The notes under the pieces are model-generated. The model was not told the DNA's origin, searched no databases, and was given only the letters and a program-made list of their open reading frames with translations. Shown piece after piece: positions 51,195-64,000 of a stretch of DNA of 64,000 bases (the first letter of the stretch is position 1; each line of letters begins with the position of its first letter). The position numbers and the translations under genes were made by a program. Source of the DNA: Camelus dromedarius (lineage: Eukaryota); assembly GCF_036321535.1 (NCBI RefSeq), contig NC_087437.1, positions 17,300,001 to 17,364,000 on the forward strand, written 5' to 3'.

Positions 51195-54100
51195 AAGTTA
51201 ACTTTTAAAAAATTATGGCAAATATACATAACATAAATTTGCCATTTTAATCATTTTTAAGCGTATGGTTCAATGGCATTAAGTATATTCGCATTGTTGC
51301 GCAGCCATCACTATCATCCATTTCCAGAACTTTTTCATTTTCCCCAACTGAAACTTGTACCCATAAACACTAAGTCCCCCTCCTCTCATCCCCCTAATAC
51401 AACTATTCTACTTTCAGTCTCTGTGAATGTGACTAATCTAGCTACTTCATATCAATGGAATCATACGACATTTTTTTCTGTGACTGTCTTACTTCACTTA
51501 GCCTAATTTCCTTAGCGTTTATTTTTGCTGTAGCATATATCAGAATTTCCTTCCCTTTTACTTATTTAATTATTTATTTTTTAGCAAGGAAAGGTAAGAG
51601 TTGAAGAGCCCCATCTAATGTGGAAAAAATGAACACCTCTACAACGTACATTTTACATTTATTGTCACGTATGTTTATAATAAAAATCCTAACAGTAACA
51701 GCCATCACTACCAACCCACTGTCTAGACCTCTGCCACTTACTATGTATATTTTATGTGCCAGGTAAAGTACAGTCACTTTAAAAATTGTTAATTTTCAAA
51801 TGTTATTTAGTTAAATCTTAAAATCAATGTAAGTATCCCCCCGCCATTTTATGGATGAGGAACCTGAATTACAGGGGAAAATCTGTCTATGATCACCAAC
51901 GACTAAGAAATAGATCCGGGAGCTGGACTATATGTGTCTGAGCTCAGAGTCCAAGTTACTTGAATTTCAAGGTTGAAAGGAGTTTGCCCGATGCCACACA
52001 GCCAGTGGGTGGGGAATGAAAGCTAGTCTGGTGTTTCACTCAAAACGGTGAGGGCACACTGCCAAGAATCCAGTCAGCTCTCCAAAGAAGGAGATGTACA
52101 AAGGAGAAGAGAATGGAATGCTAACAAAAACTGAACAGTGGGCCCCAAAGACCAACCTCCCCTTTACAAGTTTGCCTGGGGCTCCTGTCCTCTCTGAAAA
52201 CCAGGACACCAACACCGTGAGAAGACAGCCTATAGGTAGTTATAACATGTTGTGGAGACTTAAACTGAAGATAAAATATAGCAAGGAAATAATTTCACAA
52301 TGAAACTCTGTTACTTTGTAGCTGTATTGGTCTAGTTGTCAGAAATGCCTGAAGCAAAAACAGTTAAATCAAAAGAACTTGAGATAACAGCAAGGGGATC
52401 AAAAGGAATGGAAAGTCAGAAACTTTTCTAATTTCTAAGGCATTTGCAGATCACTGGTGCTGAAAAAACTGGTTGAGTCACTATATGCAAGGCAGGACTG
52501 TCCACTAAGCACATAAATGCAACTACTCCAGGCTCTAACCAGACTCTTTCTTGGGCTTATCTGAATCCTTCGAGAAGTCTGCCCTTTCTTCTTACCAGGT
52601 TCTCAGTATGACCCAGATCTAAGAGTCTTTAGTATCTCCATCATTTTGGGGGGTTAGTAACTGAACTTTGTATTTTTTTACTTGAAAAAAATTCAATATA
52701 TACAAATTGATGATGTGCTTGAAATCAGTGCAAATCTATACACACTCTTGTAAGTGCAGAGTATGTATGAGCATTTACTTCATAGGATTTCCAGTGACTA
52801 TGTTAAATTCTCACTATTGTGTTTTCTTTCTTTTCTTTTAGGTATTATTATTGTTTAATTGAAGTATTGTTGCTGTACAATATTATATAAGTTACAGGTG
52901 TACAACAGGGTGATTCACAATTTGTAAATTTTATACTCCATTTATAGTTCTTATAAAATATTGGCTATAGTCTCCATGTGGTACAATATATTCTTGTAGT
53001 GTATTTTATACCTAAGAATTTGTACCTCTTACTCTCTTACCCCGATATTGCTCCTCCCCCTTTCCCTCTCCTCTCTGGTAACCCCTAGTTTGTACTCTGT
53101 ACCTGTGTCTACTTCTTTTTTGTTATATTCACTAGTTTGTTCTATATTTTAGATTATACATGTAAGTGATATCATACAGTATTTGTCTTTCTCTGTCTGA
53201 CTTATTTCACTTAGTATAATGCCCTCCAAGAATTTCTTTCCTTTTTAAAGGCTGAATAATATTCCATTGTATGTATATATCATATTTTGTTTATTCACCC
53301 ATCAAAGAACACTTGGGTTGCTTCCACTTTTCAGCTATTGTGAATAAGGCTGCTATGAACATGAGTGTAGAAATATTTGGTCAAGTCCTTGGTTTTATTT
53401 CATTTAATACCCAGAAGCAGAATTGTTAGATCACATGGTAATTCTATTTTTAATTTTTTGAGGCATCACTACACTGTTATCCATAGTGAATTTCCATTTT
53501 ACATTCCTACCAGCAATGCACAAGTGTTCCAATTTCTCCACATCCACACCAACACTTGTTATTTTCTGTTATTTTTTAAAAAAATAATAATCTTCCTAAT
53601 GGATGTGAAGTGGATTTGATCTGCATTTCCTTGATGATTAGTGATATTGAGCATCTTTTCATGTGTTTATTGGCCACTTGTATATCTTATTTGGAGAAAT
53701 GTCTGTTCAAGGCTTTTGATAATTTTTTAATCAGTTACTTTTGTTATTGTTGTTGAGTTATAGGAGTTCTTTATATATTCTGGATATCAACCCCTTATCA
53801 GATATATGATTTGCAAATATTTTCTCCCATTCTAGGGAATTGCCTTTCTACTATATTTACAGTATTTTTGATACGCGAAAGACATTTAATTTTTATAATG
53901 TCCAATTTATCTTTTTTTGTTAACTATTCCTTTGGTATCACATCCAAAAAAATTATTGCCAGATTCAATGTCCTGAAGCTTTTGCTCTGTTTTCTTATAA
54001 GAATTTTATAGTTTTAGCTCTTATATTTATGTATTTGATCAAGTTTGAGTTAATTTTTGTATGGTGTAAGGTCAGGGTCCACCTTCATTCTTTCGCATGT

Positions 54101-55050
54101 GAATATACAGTTTTCTCAACTTTTATGTTGAAAAGACTGTCTTTTCTCCATTACAGCCTTGTCAAAAATCATTTGACCATGTATGTAACTGTTTATTTCT
54201 GGCCTCTCTATTCTAATCTATTGGTCTATAGGTCTATCTTTGTTTTAGTACTACACAATTTTGATCATTAGTTTTGTAGTAAATTCTGAAATCAGGAAGT
54301 GTGAGACCTTCAACTTTGTTGTTTTCAAGGTTGTTTGGTTTTCAGGTACCCATAAGTTTCTATATATGTTTTAGGATGGATTTTTCTATTTCTGCAAAAC
54401 ATCATTGGGATTTGAATAGGAATTGCATTGAATCTGTAGATCACTTTGTGTTATATTGACATCTTAGTAATTTTAGGTCTTAAAATCCATGAACACTATG
54501 TGTCTTTCCATTTATTTGTGCCTTTAATTTCTTTTAGCTGTGCTTTGTAATTTTCACAGTACAAGTCTTTTATCTCCTTGGTTAAGTTTATTCCTAAGTA
54601 TTCTTTTTGATGTTGTTGTAAATGGAAGTTTTTCTTAATTTCCTTTTTAGAGTGTTCATTGTTAATGTATAGAAATGCAATTGACTTTTGAGCATTCTTT
54701 TTATATCCTTCAATTTTGCTAAATTAATTTATTAGTTTTAACAGTTTTTTGTAGAGTATTTATGGTTTTCTATGTATAAATTCATGTCATCTATGAACAG
54801 AATCACTTTTCTTCTTCCTTTCCAATGTGGATGCTATTTATTTCTTCTTCTTGCCTAATTGCTCTTGCTAGAAGAGAATAGTAGTACTGTGTTGAAAAGC
54901 AGTGGTGAGATTGGGCATCCTTGTCTTATTCCTGAGGAAAACCTTTTAGTCTTTCACCATTGCATATTATATTAACTATGGGCCTTTCCTATGTAGGCTT
55001 TCTTATGCTGAGATAGTTTCTTCCATTCCTAGTTTGCTGAGTTTCTTAAA
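51195..55050 (-). mobile_element. L1MB-type LINE-1 (51195-51560 and 53229-55050) split by an insertion
   Basis: 3'UTR is continuous across the duplicated AGAATTTCYTTCCYTTTTA; ORF2-like sequence continues to ~55050. Confidence 0.85.
51561..53228 (-). mobile_element. L1 3' end (52845-53228) plus ~1.3 kb 3'-transduced DNA
   Basis: One 19-bp TSD pair (17/19 identical) encloses both the L1 end and non-L1 sequence; T-rich tail at 51561-51582. Confidence 0.7.
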
Positions 55051-55304
55051 ATCATGAATGCATTTACCTTTTTAATAATCAGAAAATTTCATACAAAAAT
55101 CAAGATTTCTACCCCGTATTTTAAAAACAGAAGGTCTTTCAACACTGGATTCACATTTCTTATGGACTCTGAAACTGAACAGCTACTCTCCTTATACAGT
55201 GTGCTTTTCAGACATGATCTCCATATAGACTTTTTCGCTCATTTTACTTATCTAGAGGGATTTACTTCTTGGCCCCTGTAATTGTAACAAACGTTAATTT
55301 AGTA

Positions 55305-55445
55305 CTTACAGGGTGCCTGACAATGTCCTAAGCCCTTTACATGTATTACTTAATTTAATCCTTATAATAGCCCCAGATAGTAGGTTATTATTATCCCCTT
55401 TCCTGATAAGAAATCTGAAGCACAGAGCTAGTAACTGGTAAAGTG
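55305..55445 (-). mobile_element. MIR SINE
   Basis: TTTAATCCTTATAATAGCCCC...TTATTATCCCCTTTCCTGATAAGAAATCTGAAGCACAGAG. Confidence 0.7.
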
Positions 55446-57789
55446 AGCAAATGTGGTAATAGGGCAGTAAATGGTAACGAAGAAAGAATTGATTGAGGGA
55501 AAACAGATAGTTGTGCTCTTTGTTGGTGTCCTTTATTTTGCACACAATTTGAAGATTAAGGCAAGTGCTTGAACTTTGATTCAGCAAGTTGCCTCACTTA
55601 CTTCAAGATTTGTGATTGTGTGCCAGGTGCTTGAGGTCGATAAAAGTCTGAATGCTCCTGAAATGAGGTGTTATTGTGTGCCTTCTGTGCGAATATACAA
55701 ACCAATTCTTAGTTGTTTAGCCCAGGGTACTATGAGTACCAAGCTTTGTGTCTGATTGCAAGAGTGAAGTTGTGGTAGTGCTGATGGGAAACTTGTATTT
55801 TCACAGTGGTAAGCAGGAACTGTAGTAACTTCTGGCTTTGAGGAATCTTAATCGCTGCTGGGATTCAGAAAAGAAAACTTTTTACTTAAATAAAGGCTGT
55901 GTATATATGGAAACTCAGAACAAAATACATGAAAAAAATCTTTTCTGATATCTCCTTCCATAGGAACAGCAAGACACGTCACTTTATTTTTTAGGATGAA
56001 AGAACATTTTAGCTGCCTTGCTGCTCATGTCAACATGATGTCGTCTTCAAAAGAAACACTAGTCTACTACTAAAAAGAATTGAAAAGCAATATAAATCTT
56101 AACTGAAGTTTCTTTGAGAGGTACCAGTAGTGGACCTGTCCTTTTTCCATCTGCCCATCACTTTATGGTTTCTTCTGATAATAGAGCCTTGATTTTCCTT
56201 TGGAAAATGACCCCCTACCCCATTCTTTGTCCCCAGACTAAAACATATGGTTGGGTATATGATCCAGAATTTGCTAATGAGACAGAATAACATTTTATTG
56301 GAACTACTTGGAAATAAGTGCTCTGTTTCTACTGGCTGGTTAGCTATAAGGATTACATAGGCTCAACACTGGGGAAAGGTGGGAGGTGGGGAGGTGGGGA
56401 AAAAAATCACTACATGAGAATAAACTCTTTGAAGTCAACAGAGAGAACAGGAGTGGCCATATCCTGATGACGTTGTTTGCACCCTGGATTCAGCCATATT
56501 TGAATCTATCTATCTATGGATTTTTCAGTTAGATCAGTTTGAGTTTTTGATACTTGCCAGAAAAAAGTCCTCGTATTACAGCATACACAAAAAAGAATTC
56601 CATTTATTACATGTAACAAAACATCTAAAAATCCTTTTTCCTGTTTCTCAGTATCTCTTAGTGTCATTCAGAATGGCAGCTGTGCTAAATTCCTAGCCTC
56701 ACTCTCTCAAATCTCCCAGAAACTTCTCTTAAACTCACATCACTCTAAACTCAGGTCAGTCTTTGTTTTTCTCACTCTCATTCTCAAAACTTTTCTGGCT
56801 CTCTTCCTCCCCAGCTTCCTCCCAGAGAAGCAAAATCTAGCTGAATTTTGTGGATAAGCCTAGCCTTCTGAGGCTCCTCTTGCTTCTATACCTCTACTCC
56901 TTGCCTAGATCAGTGCAGTTAATGCCCAGACTGCTTTCTGAACAACAAAGGATCCTTCCTCTTCAAAAAAGTAAAAGGCTAAAAATTCATGTTAAAATTT
57001 CTGTTCTGGTCTCATTTGTATTCAGTGCAAATAGCGGATATTAATTTTGTTTGCAAATAGCTACTCCTGGGGTTCCCTTTGGGTAAGTTTTGCCAAGGTA
57101 GTATCTCAGTGTTTTGTTTTGTCTGTGTATTTTTTAAAGGGGGATGTGGGCAAAGAATTAAACTAGTTAAACCAGTTTGATTGTTTTCACAAGCCAGAGA
57201 AATGATCGGGTCTTAGATTCCGACCCAGCTGATAGGGAGTGCTACTGGCAACCGTTTCTCACTCTATTGCCTTTTATTTCCTCCCTCTTTGGGAACATTC
57301 TTTAGGGTTTTCTACAGAAACAGCTGGAGGCTCTCATCCACAAGTGCCTCACTCAGCAGCTCCTTCATAAACACATTTTTCAGACACTGTGCCCAGGACT
57401 CTTTCAAGTGTCCTAAGAATATCATTCATTCAAATGCAGCCCAGCTGTAGTTTAGAGAGCACCAGCACTTGCTCCATAAAGATCTAGATTGTCTCTTCAC
57501 ATTAAGAGGCACCCGAAAGTTCTGTTATGCTGGACACCCAGATGTCCCCAGCCCTTTTGTGAACAACTTGATTATGAGTAGTCTGAATTTCATTCTTGGG
57601 TCCACTCAAACTGTCTTTGATGCCCTCAGGCTGGGGGACTCAGTGGGGAGACCACCTAGCATGATGGCTGCCAGGAGCCCAGGGAACTATCAAGATAACT
57701 CTGGCAGACATCTCACCTATTAAATGCCCCATCTTTCTTTCACACTTTTTTTTCCCTTATGCATCTTCCCAACCACAGTGAAGGAAAAT

Positions 57790-58230
57790 CTATTACTGTG
57801 TCCTGGAATGGTAGAATAAAGATGGCATGGCACATCCAGAGAATAGTTGAGATTTTAACGAAAGGACTATTTTAAAAGGTGCGGGCAGGGTTAAAAGAAA
57901 CCTTTGGGAGCCATTACCAGCCCCAGGCCTTCAGGGGAAAGGGCAACAAGTGGTAAACAGAAATGAGAAAGAACTGTAGGAGAGGGCCACAAGATTGGAG
58001 TAATGGCTTCAGATAAAGAATACAGCCATTGCTAACAGAGTGGCCCTCTGAGAGTGTAGTGGGGAGGTCCTGAGTAACTTCTTGCCCTGTGATCTTCTAC
58101 ACGTGCCTCTGATTGGCTCAAACCAGGCAAAAGCCAGAAGACAGGTGATGTAGTCCATACAGATCAGCCCTGAGTCACAGAACAGGGCAGTGAGTGAATC
58201 TGGAGGGACAGAGGAAAAACCAGCAGTCAC
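57790..58230 (-). mobile_element. Old ERVL LTR (LTR40/41-like)
   Basis: AAAGGACTATTTTAAAAGGTGCGGGCAGGGTTAA...CTGATTGGCTCAAACC. Confidence 0.45.
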
Positions 58231-58599
58231 ATCCTATCTTTTTTCCACAGCAAGCACCTTCTCACCCTTTTTTGCCTGGCCTATGGAAATGGCCTTCTTG
58301 CCTGTCCTCTTAACCCATTTAGTCCATTGCTTGATGACTAGGTCTGTTTCCCAGAAACTATTCATTCAGCATGAGATTAGGGTATATAGACCTGAGTCCA
58401 GGAACCAGCTCTTCAACGTCAAGACCCTTCCCTCAGAGACCTCATAGGTAAAATGCCAAGTGAAGTCGGGGATGCCTGGAGACCTTTCCGGATCATGATT
58501 TACTGATGCTAGACATATATTAAATATCAAGGAATCGACCTGCGACTTTTAAACGCAGACAGGTCGAAATAGACTGAGGCTGACTCCCTGCCCCCTTCC

Positions 58600-60130
58600 A
58601 GAGGACCACGTCACCCCGGCTGATCGGCGATTGCTTCAAACCGGGTCTCTAAAGCCATAAGCTAAAGGGGTCCTGGCAGGCAGCTTCCGGGCGCCTGGAC
58701 CCTCCCTCGCGGGTAGGGGAGGTCCCTCGTGGTCTTCCAAGCGGGATACCTGCCGGTGGGGGGCGGAGGGAGCCGCGAGAGCGCAGGCGCAGTATCCGCG
58801 CCGGCGGCGCCCCTCTCCCAGTCCCGCCAGGCGGCCTCAGCCGCCCAGGCCGCGGTTTTCCTGGCGAAGCGCGCGGCGGCCTCTGCGGGCTCAGAGCCTG
58901 GATCAGGCTCACGGCAGCGGGCAGCCCCGGCTGGAGCACTGGGCGCGCCTTCCTCGCCGCGACACACAGGTAACCGGGCCCCAGCAGCCGGTTGGCAGCA
59001 GCGGAATGGACCTTGACCCTGACTACCGGGCTGCCCCCAACACCCGCTGTTAGCCGAGGCACTTAAGGGGCAGAGTCCCTCTTTTGGGGTTGGGCCGGGA
59101 AGGGGGCGAAGCGCCCCGCCCCCTTCTCAATCCTTCTCAGGGCTCTGCTCCACGCCTAGGAGGCCGCGGGGCCCAGACTTCCCTGCACTGCTCTCTTGGA
59201 AAACCTGGATACAGGGTCGGTAGGATCAGCAACAGCCATGGCCCCAGCGCCCCCGTTTCCTGCCACCGTCGCAGGAATAGGTCCTTCCCCAGCCTCCATG
59301 ATAAAGGCCAGGGGCTATAGCTTTCCTCTCGCCCAGGAGCCCTCTCAAACAAGGGTGAATCCCTATGGCGCCATGGGATCAATTTCAAATAAAAACTTTA
59401 AAGAATGCTGGACGGTTTTAGAAATTTGGCCAAGAATTAGTATTTTCCTTTACTTTGTTGTCTGTCACCGACTCTCGGACGCCAGTCTACATGGGTTGAG
59501 ATTTCGCGGAAAATAAACGGTTCGGAGAAATCTTTCCCCAACGAAAGGCGAGGACATGGGGGTATTGCAGGAAGGGCCAGGCCACGGCCAAGTGTGGCGG
59601 CTGGAGGCGCAGGGCAAGTCCACTCAGCCTCTGGCAGCTCCGGGGAGGAAAACATGACCCCTCCCCGACCGGCCTATGGGCCGTAGGATTTCTACGCCAG
59701 GTGCTCCCGTTTGGCCTCTTTTGAGAGAGGAGGATGCAAGGGTGACTTGGGCTAGCAGGAACGAGAATCTTGTCCAGGCGAGTAGGGTGCTGCACGGACT
59801 TGCATCTTCGTCCAGGCTTTTGCCGGACTTGGCGAGTAGCGGGACCGAAAACTGGCATCTGAGTGACGGTCGAGGGCCCGGAGATAGTGACGCACTGGGC
59901 AGAGAGGGCTGGGGGGCGCCTGGGGAGGGGATGGTCTCCGCTGGCTGTACCGCTCTAAAGGACTTCATTGGGGTTGCCTGTGTCCGTGGTGCTGAAGTGT
60001 CGCAAGCGCCTTCGTCAGTGCTTCCAGGGCCGCGTCCTGCCTTGAGGGTCTACTCCGCTTTGGCCAGAAATAGCGGTCTCCAAAGCCTGTGGCCAGAGTG
60101 GCGCCGGCTCGACACTGAAACCCTTTGCAG
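58600..60130. promoter_or_regulatory. CpG island promoter
   Basis: Sharp rise in GC and CpG density. Confidence 0.9.
58790..58969 (+). other. SLC35G2: Non-coding first exon, probably SLC35G2 (TMEM22); TSS end approximate
   Basis: Donor CAG|GTAACC at 58969/58970 inside the CpG island; identity inferred only from synteny with STAG1 and the non-coding exon 1 of SLC35G2. Confidence 0.5.
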
Positions 60131-60867
60131 ATGGGTTGATGCTGGTTTCCTGAAGATAACGTGAAGGCAAATGTGTTTCTCCCTGGCGGTGCAGATAAAG
60201 CATATGCATAACAAGTTTAATTATTTACATTTGAGTACACACGACGAGCGTAAACATGAACTCTCACGTATGCGTATGCATAGCATATGTAGGATGCACG
60301 TATGTGTATATATGCATACAAACATTACGTACATGTAAACACACTCATCCTTTTCCAGCACCATCGCACACTACAAGTCGTATGTTTTTCCAGAGCTTTT
60401 TGTAATCCATCTTTATTTTTTGACACCGTTAGTGTTTCTGAACTCTGCAGAACCGTTAACTTTCATAATCATCTGTTTCCAAGTCATAGAACCTGTGGAT
60501 TAAAGTGTTGGCTATTTTGCTGAGCAGTTAAGTATTTGCACATTTTAATTACAGAACAAAGCTAGTCTAGAAATGTGTAAAATTGATACTGATACAAAAA
60601 GATATTCCTAAAGGAAGTTTAAACAAAAAGGAGGAAAATTTAATACAGAACAACAGCTAGCCAGTAATTTTATGGAAAGTTATGATCTAAACAAAATATG
60701 GCTAAGATGTAACATTATGTTGGCAATTTCAAATATACTGGTGGCATATGGTTTGTGAACTCTGTAAAGATCACATATTTATTTTTCAAAACATTGGATA
60801 TCTCTGGTCTTTCTTTCATAAAAGGTATGTTCACTGTAAAATTTAGCTGATAAGAAATACATAAAAC

Positions 60868-61003
60868 TGGGGAGAGTGGTAGAGTACGTGCTTAGCATGT
60901 GCGAGGTCCTGGCTTCAATTCCCAGTACCTCCATTTAAACATAAATTAAAAATAAATAAATAAGTAAACCTAATTAATAAATCTAATTACCTCCCCCCTA
61001 AAA
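60868..61003 (+). mobile_element. tRNA-derived SINE (Vic-1-like)
   Basis: Perfect TSD AAGAAATACATAAAAC 60852-60867 / 61004-61019. Confidence 0.9.
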
Positions 61004-61070
61004 AAGAAATACATAAAACCAGAGAAAACCACTGTAAACAGATTTTCTTTTAGATAAACACATGCACTTT

Positions 61071-61660
61071 ATTTATTTATTTATTTTAATTGAAGTATAG
61101 TTGATTTACAATTTGTTAGTTTCAGGTGTACAGCAAAGTAATTCAGCTATACATATACATATACCTGTATATATTCTTTTTCAGATTCTTTTCCATATAG
61201 ATTATTACAAAGTATTGAATATAGCTACCTGTGCTATATAATAGGTCCTTGTTGTTTATCTATTTTAGATATAGTAGTGTGTATATGTTAATACCAAATT
61301 CCTAATTTATCCCTCCCCCCTAATTCTTTCTCTTTTGGTAACTGTAGTTTGTTTTCTATGTCTGTGTGTCTATTTCTGGTTTGTAAATAAGTTTATTTAT
61401 ATCATTTTTTTTTAGATTCCATGTATAAGTGATATATGATATTTGTCTTTCTCTGTCTGACTTATTTTACTTAATATGATAATTTCTGGGTCCATCCATG
61501 TTGCTGCAAATGGCACTTCATTTTTTTTATGGCTGAGTAATTAATATTCCACTGTATATATTGACCACATCTTCTTTATTCATTCATCTACTGATGGACA
61601 TTTAGGTTGCTTCCATGTCTTGGCTATTGTAAATAGTGCTGCCGTGAACATTGGAGTGCA
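61071..61660 (-). mobile_element. Cetartiodactyl L1 3' end
   Basis: (ATTT)n tail, TTGAAGTATAGTTGATTTACAAT; ACACATGC on both flanks. Confidence 0.88.
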
Positions 61661-63369
61661 CACACATGCCTTTTAAAATAGACCAATCTTCTGTTGGTTG
61701 CATTTTCACTATATAATTCATCATTAATCTTTCAAACCAATACATATAAAACGAGGTCATCATTATTAAGTGTTGTGTAATAGTGCACTATATGGGCAGA
61801 ACATAATTTATTTAAACAGTCTAATAACAATGAACATTTATGTATTTCCAATTTTTGCTGTTATTAAATAGTTCTTCAACTGTCTTCGAACAAACATTTG
61901 TGCATTTATTTGATTATATTTTTAGAAAAAACTCCTAGAAGTGAAATCGATGGTTCTATGGATATGTACATTTTATTTTTTGATACATTTATTTATTTGT
62001 TCTATTATTTCCTGTCTCCTCTCTTGTCTCTTTTATTCTTTACTATGTTTTCAGGATACACAGTAATACCAGATATAAGGATATTCAAGAAACATTTAGA
62101 ACAATCTAGAACTCTGTTTCTAGATTGTGCTATAGAAAAGTATACCAGTATAATCCAGTATAAACACTGATTTAGAATGTCAATATCCCCACACTATCAC
62201 CAAAATCAGGTTATTTTCCAATTGGATAAGCAGAAAAGAGCATCTTTTTTAATCTATTTATTGGTCATACTTATTTTTGTTTTGTAAGTTTCCAGTTCAT
62301 ATCTTTATTTTTCTATTGGGGTGCTTATATTTTCTCCTTATTTGTAAGAGATCTTTGTATACTAAGGACTGTTATGTATGTTGCAATTTTTTTCTTGCTT
62401 TTTTACTTTTAAACTTTATGATACTTTATGCTGTATAGAAAATTTCAGTTTTTATGTAGTTAAATATATCTTTTACCCTTGTAATTTCTCACATTTACAT
62501 CAGTCTTTCACCCCTCTGTACTAATGATAATCTACTATATTTTATGATTTTATAAAGATTACATTTTAAATTCTAGATTTATACTCTCACTTCCGTTTTT
62601 AGTTAAATTCATTTCACTCCTAGATGTAAACTTCTATTGAAGATGGCTTTGTGAGAAGTACTTTACTTATTTTAAACCCACATTCTATGAAGAGTAACAT
62701 GTTACTCAGTTTGAACCCTTTAATGTGATATATTTAATTTCTAAATACTTAATGAAAGTGTTTTTACTTAAAATGCTGTTTAGTCTGTAGTATTTTTTAG
62801 CTGTTAGTGTGCAATCTTTTAAAAATTGAGCTGTTCTTTAGAGTGTTTTTTGCAGATGAAAGAAAATATGACAAAGTCCACTTTTGCCAAGTTAGGAGTT
62901 CATGTTACTGAGGTTTATAAGAATGTGCATCACATAAGGCTGGCCATATGCCTTGAAAAAACAAAACCCAAATACTGGTTTTTGGCAACCATTATGGATC
63001 AAAATAACTTTTTCCAAAATACAAAAAAATGGTTATTTAGTGTTGATGAACTCCTCTGTATTATTTTCTTCCCGAGGTTTAAAAACATTTTAAAACAGCC
63101 AAATGAGAATCATTTTATTGTTTTTATAGATGAAATTTTAAATATTGCTGATGATAAAAAAAGTGGAAACAATACCAGGGTAGAAAATAAAAGCCCTCTA
63201 GTAAGCCAGTCTCCACAGGTAACCATGAATATTAGTTTGGAATAAATATTTCTGGGTTATTTAATTCATAAATAAATATATATTTCAGTGATTGTAAGAT
63301 GTCAATTATAAGATACATTTTGACTTTGGAAATGTGAAAAAATGTGCCTCTTAAACTTGGTGTATCATA

Positions 63370-63579
63370 TATCACTTATATATCTAGAAAATTCAACAAA
63401 CTAGTGAATAAAACAAAAAAAGAAGCAAAGTGACAGATATGGAGAACAAAGTAGTGGTTATCACCAGAGAGAGGGTAGCAAGAAGGACAATATAGGCGTA
63501 GGAAGAGTTATTATGGGATTATATGAAATCATGTGTGTGAAACTTTTGAGAATTGTAAAGAAAAAGAATGTTTTTTAAA
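63370..63579 (+). mobile_element. L1 3' end fragment
   Basis: ATCACTTATATATCTAG...GAGAACAAAGTAGTGGTTATCA; TSD AAACTTGGTGTATCATA / AAGCTTGGTATATCATA. Confidence 0.75.
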
Positions 63580-64000
63580 AAGCTTGGTATATCATAAATA
63601 GAATGAGATTATATCTATTTTTCTATTTTTTCACATAAGATAGGGATATCTTCCCATTTGATACATGTTAAGTATTGAATTAATCAATATCCAATTTTTA
63701 AGCGCATTTAGATTATTTACACCTTTTGGATGATAAAAACAATGTTATGTTGAACATTCTTTTATATAGCTCTGTGTAATGGTGTTATTACCTTAAAGTA
63801 AATTCCTAAGTGAAATTGATGGGTTGGGAGAATGCACATTTTGCATTTTGGTGCATATTGTCTGCCCTCCAAAAATCTTGTAACAATTTGCTCTGCAAAC
63901 AATAGTGCACAATGTTCTAGATTCTTTACTCGATTATATTAAAGATAATCTGCCTTTTCCATTTTCCCTACCTAAGAGGTAAAAACAGATATTTCACTCT

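Noticed and set aside
58649..60209. Overlapping ORFs in the second CpG island
   Set aside because: Same GC artefact; none resembles SLC35G2 or another protein I know

Overview
Mammalian genomic DNA, most likely camelid (tRNA-derived SINEs of the Vic-1 type and cetartiodactyl-type L1 3' ends). Two CpG-island promoters face away from each other. A minus-strand non-coding first exon at ~0.9-1.1 kb matches my recollection of STAG1 exon 1, and a plus-strand non-coding first exon at ~58.9 kb is probably SLC35G2/TMEM22 by synteny. The ~57 kb between them holds no credible protein-coding exon and is mostly transposon debris: a two-LTR ERV-L (LTR16A-type) provirus relic with gag/pro/RT/dUTPase remnants and nested insertions, many L1, L2, MIR, MaLR and hAT fragments, SINEs and microsatellites. 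The best leads are an unexplained diverged ~195-bp repeat pair with exon-like and codon-like features (4.2 and 7.7 kb), a TSD-flanked retrocopy of an L2-derived polyadenylated RNA, an L1 3' transduction, a tailless inverted mini-L1, and apparent gene conversion between two inverted L1MC copies. Repeat family names come from recalled consensus sequences, and boundaries without a TSD are approximate. I see no direct evidence for a new multi-gene system.
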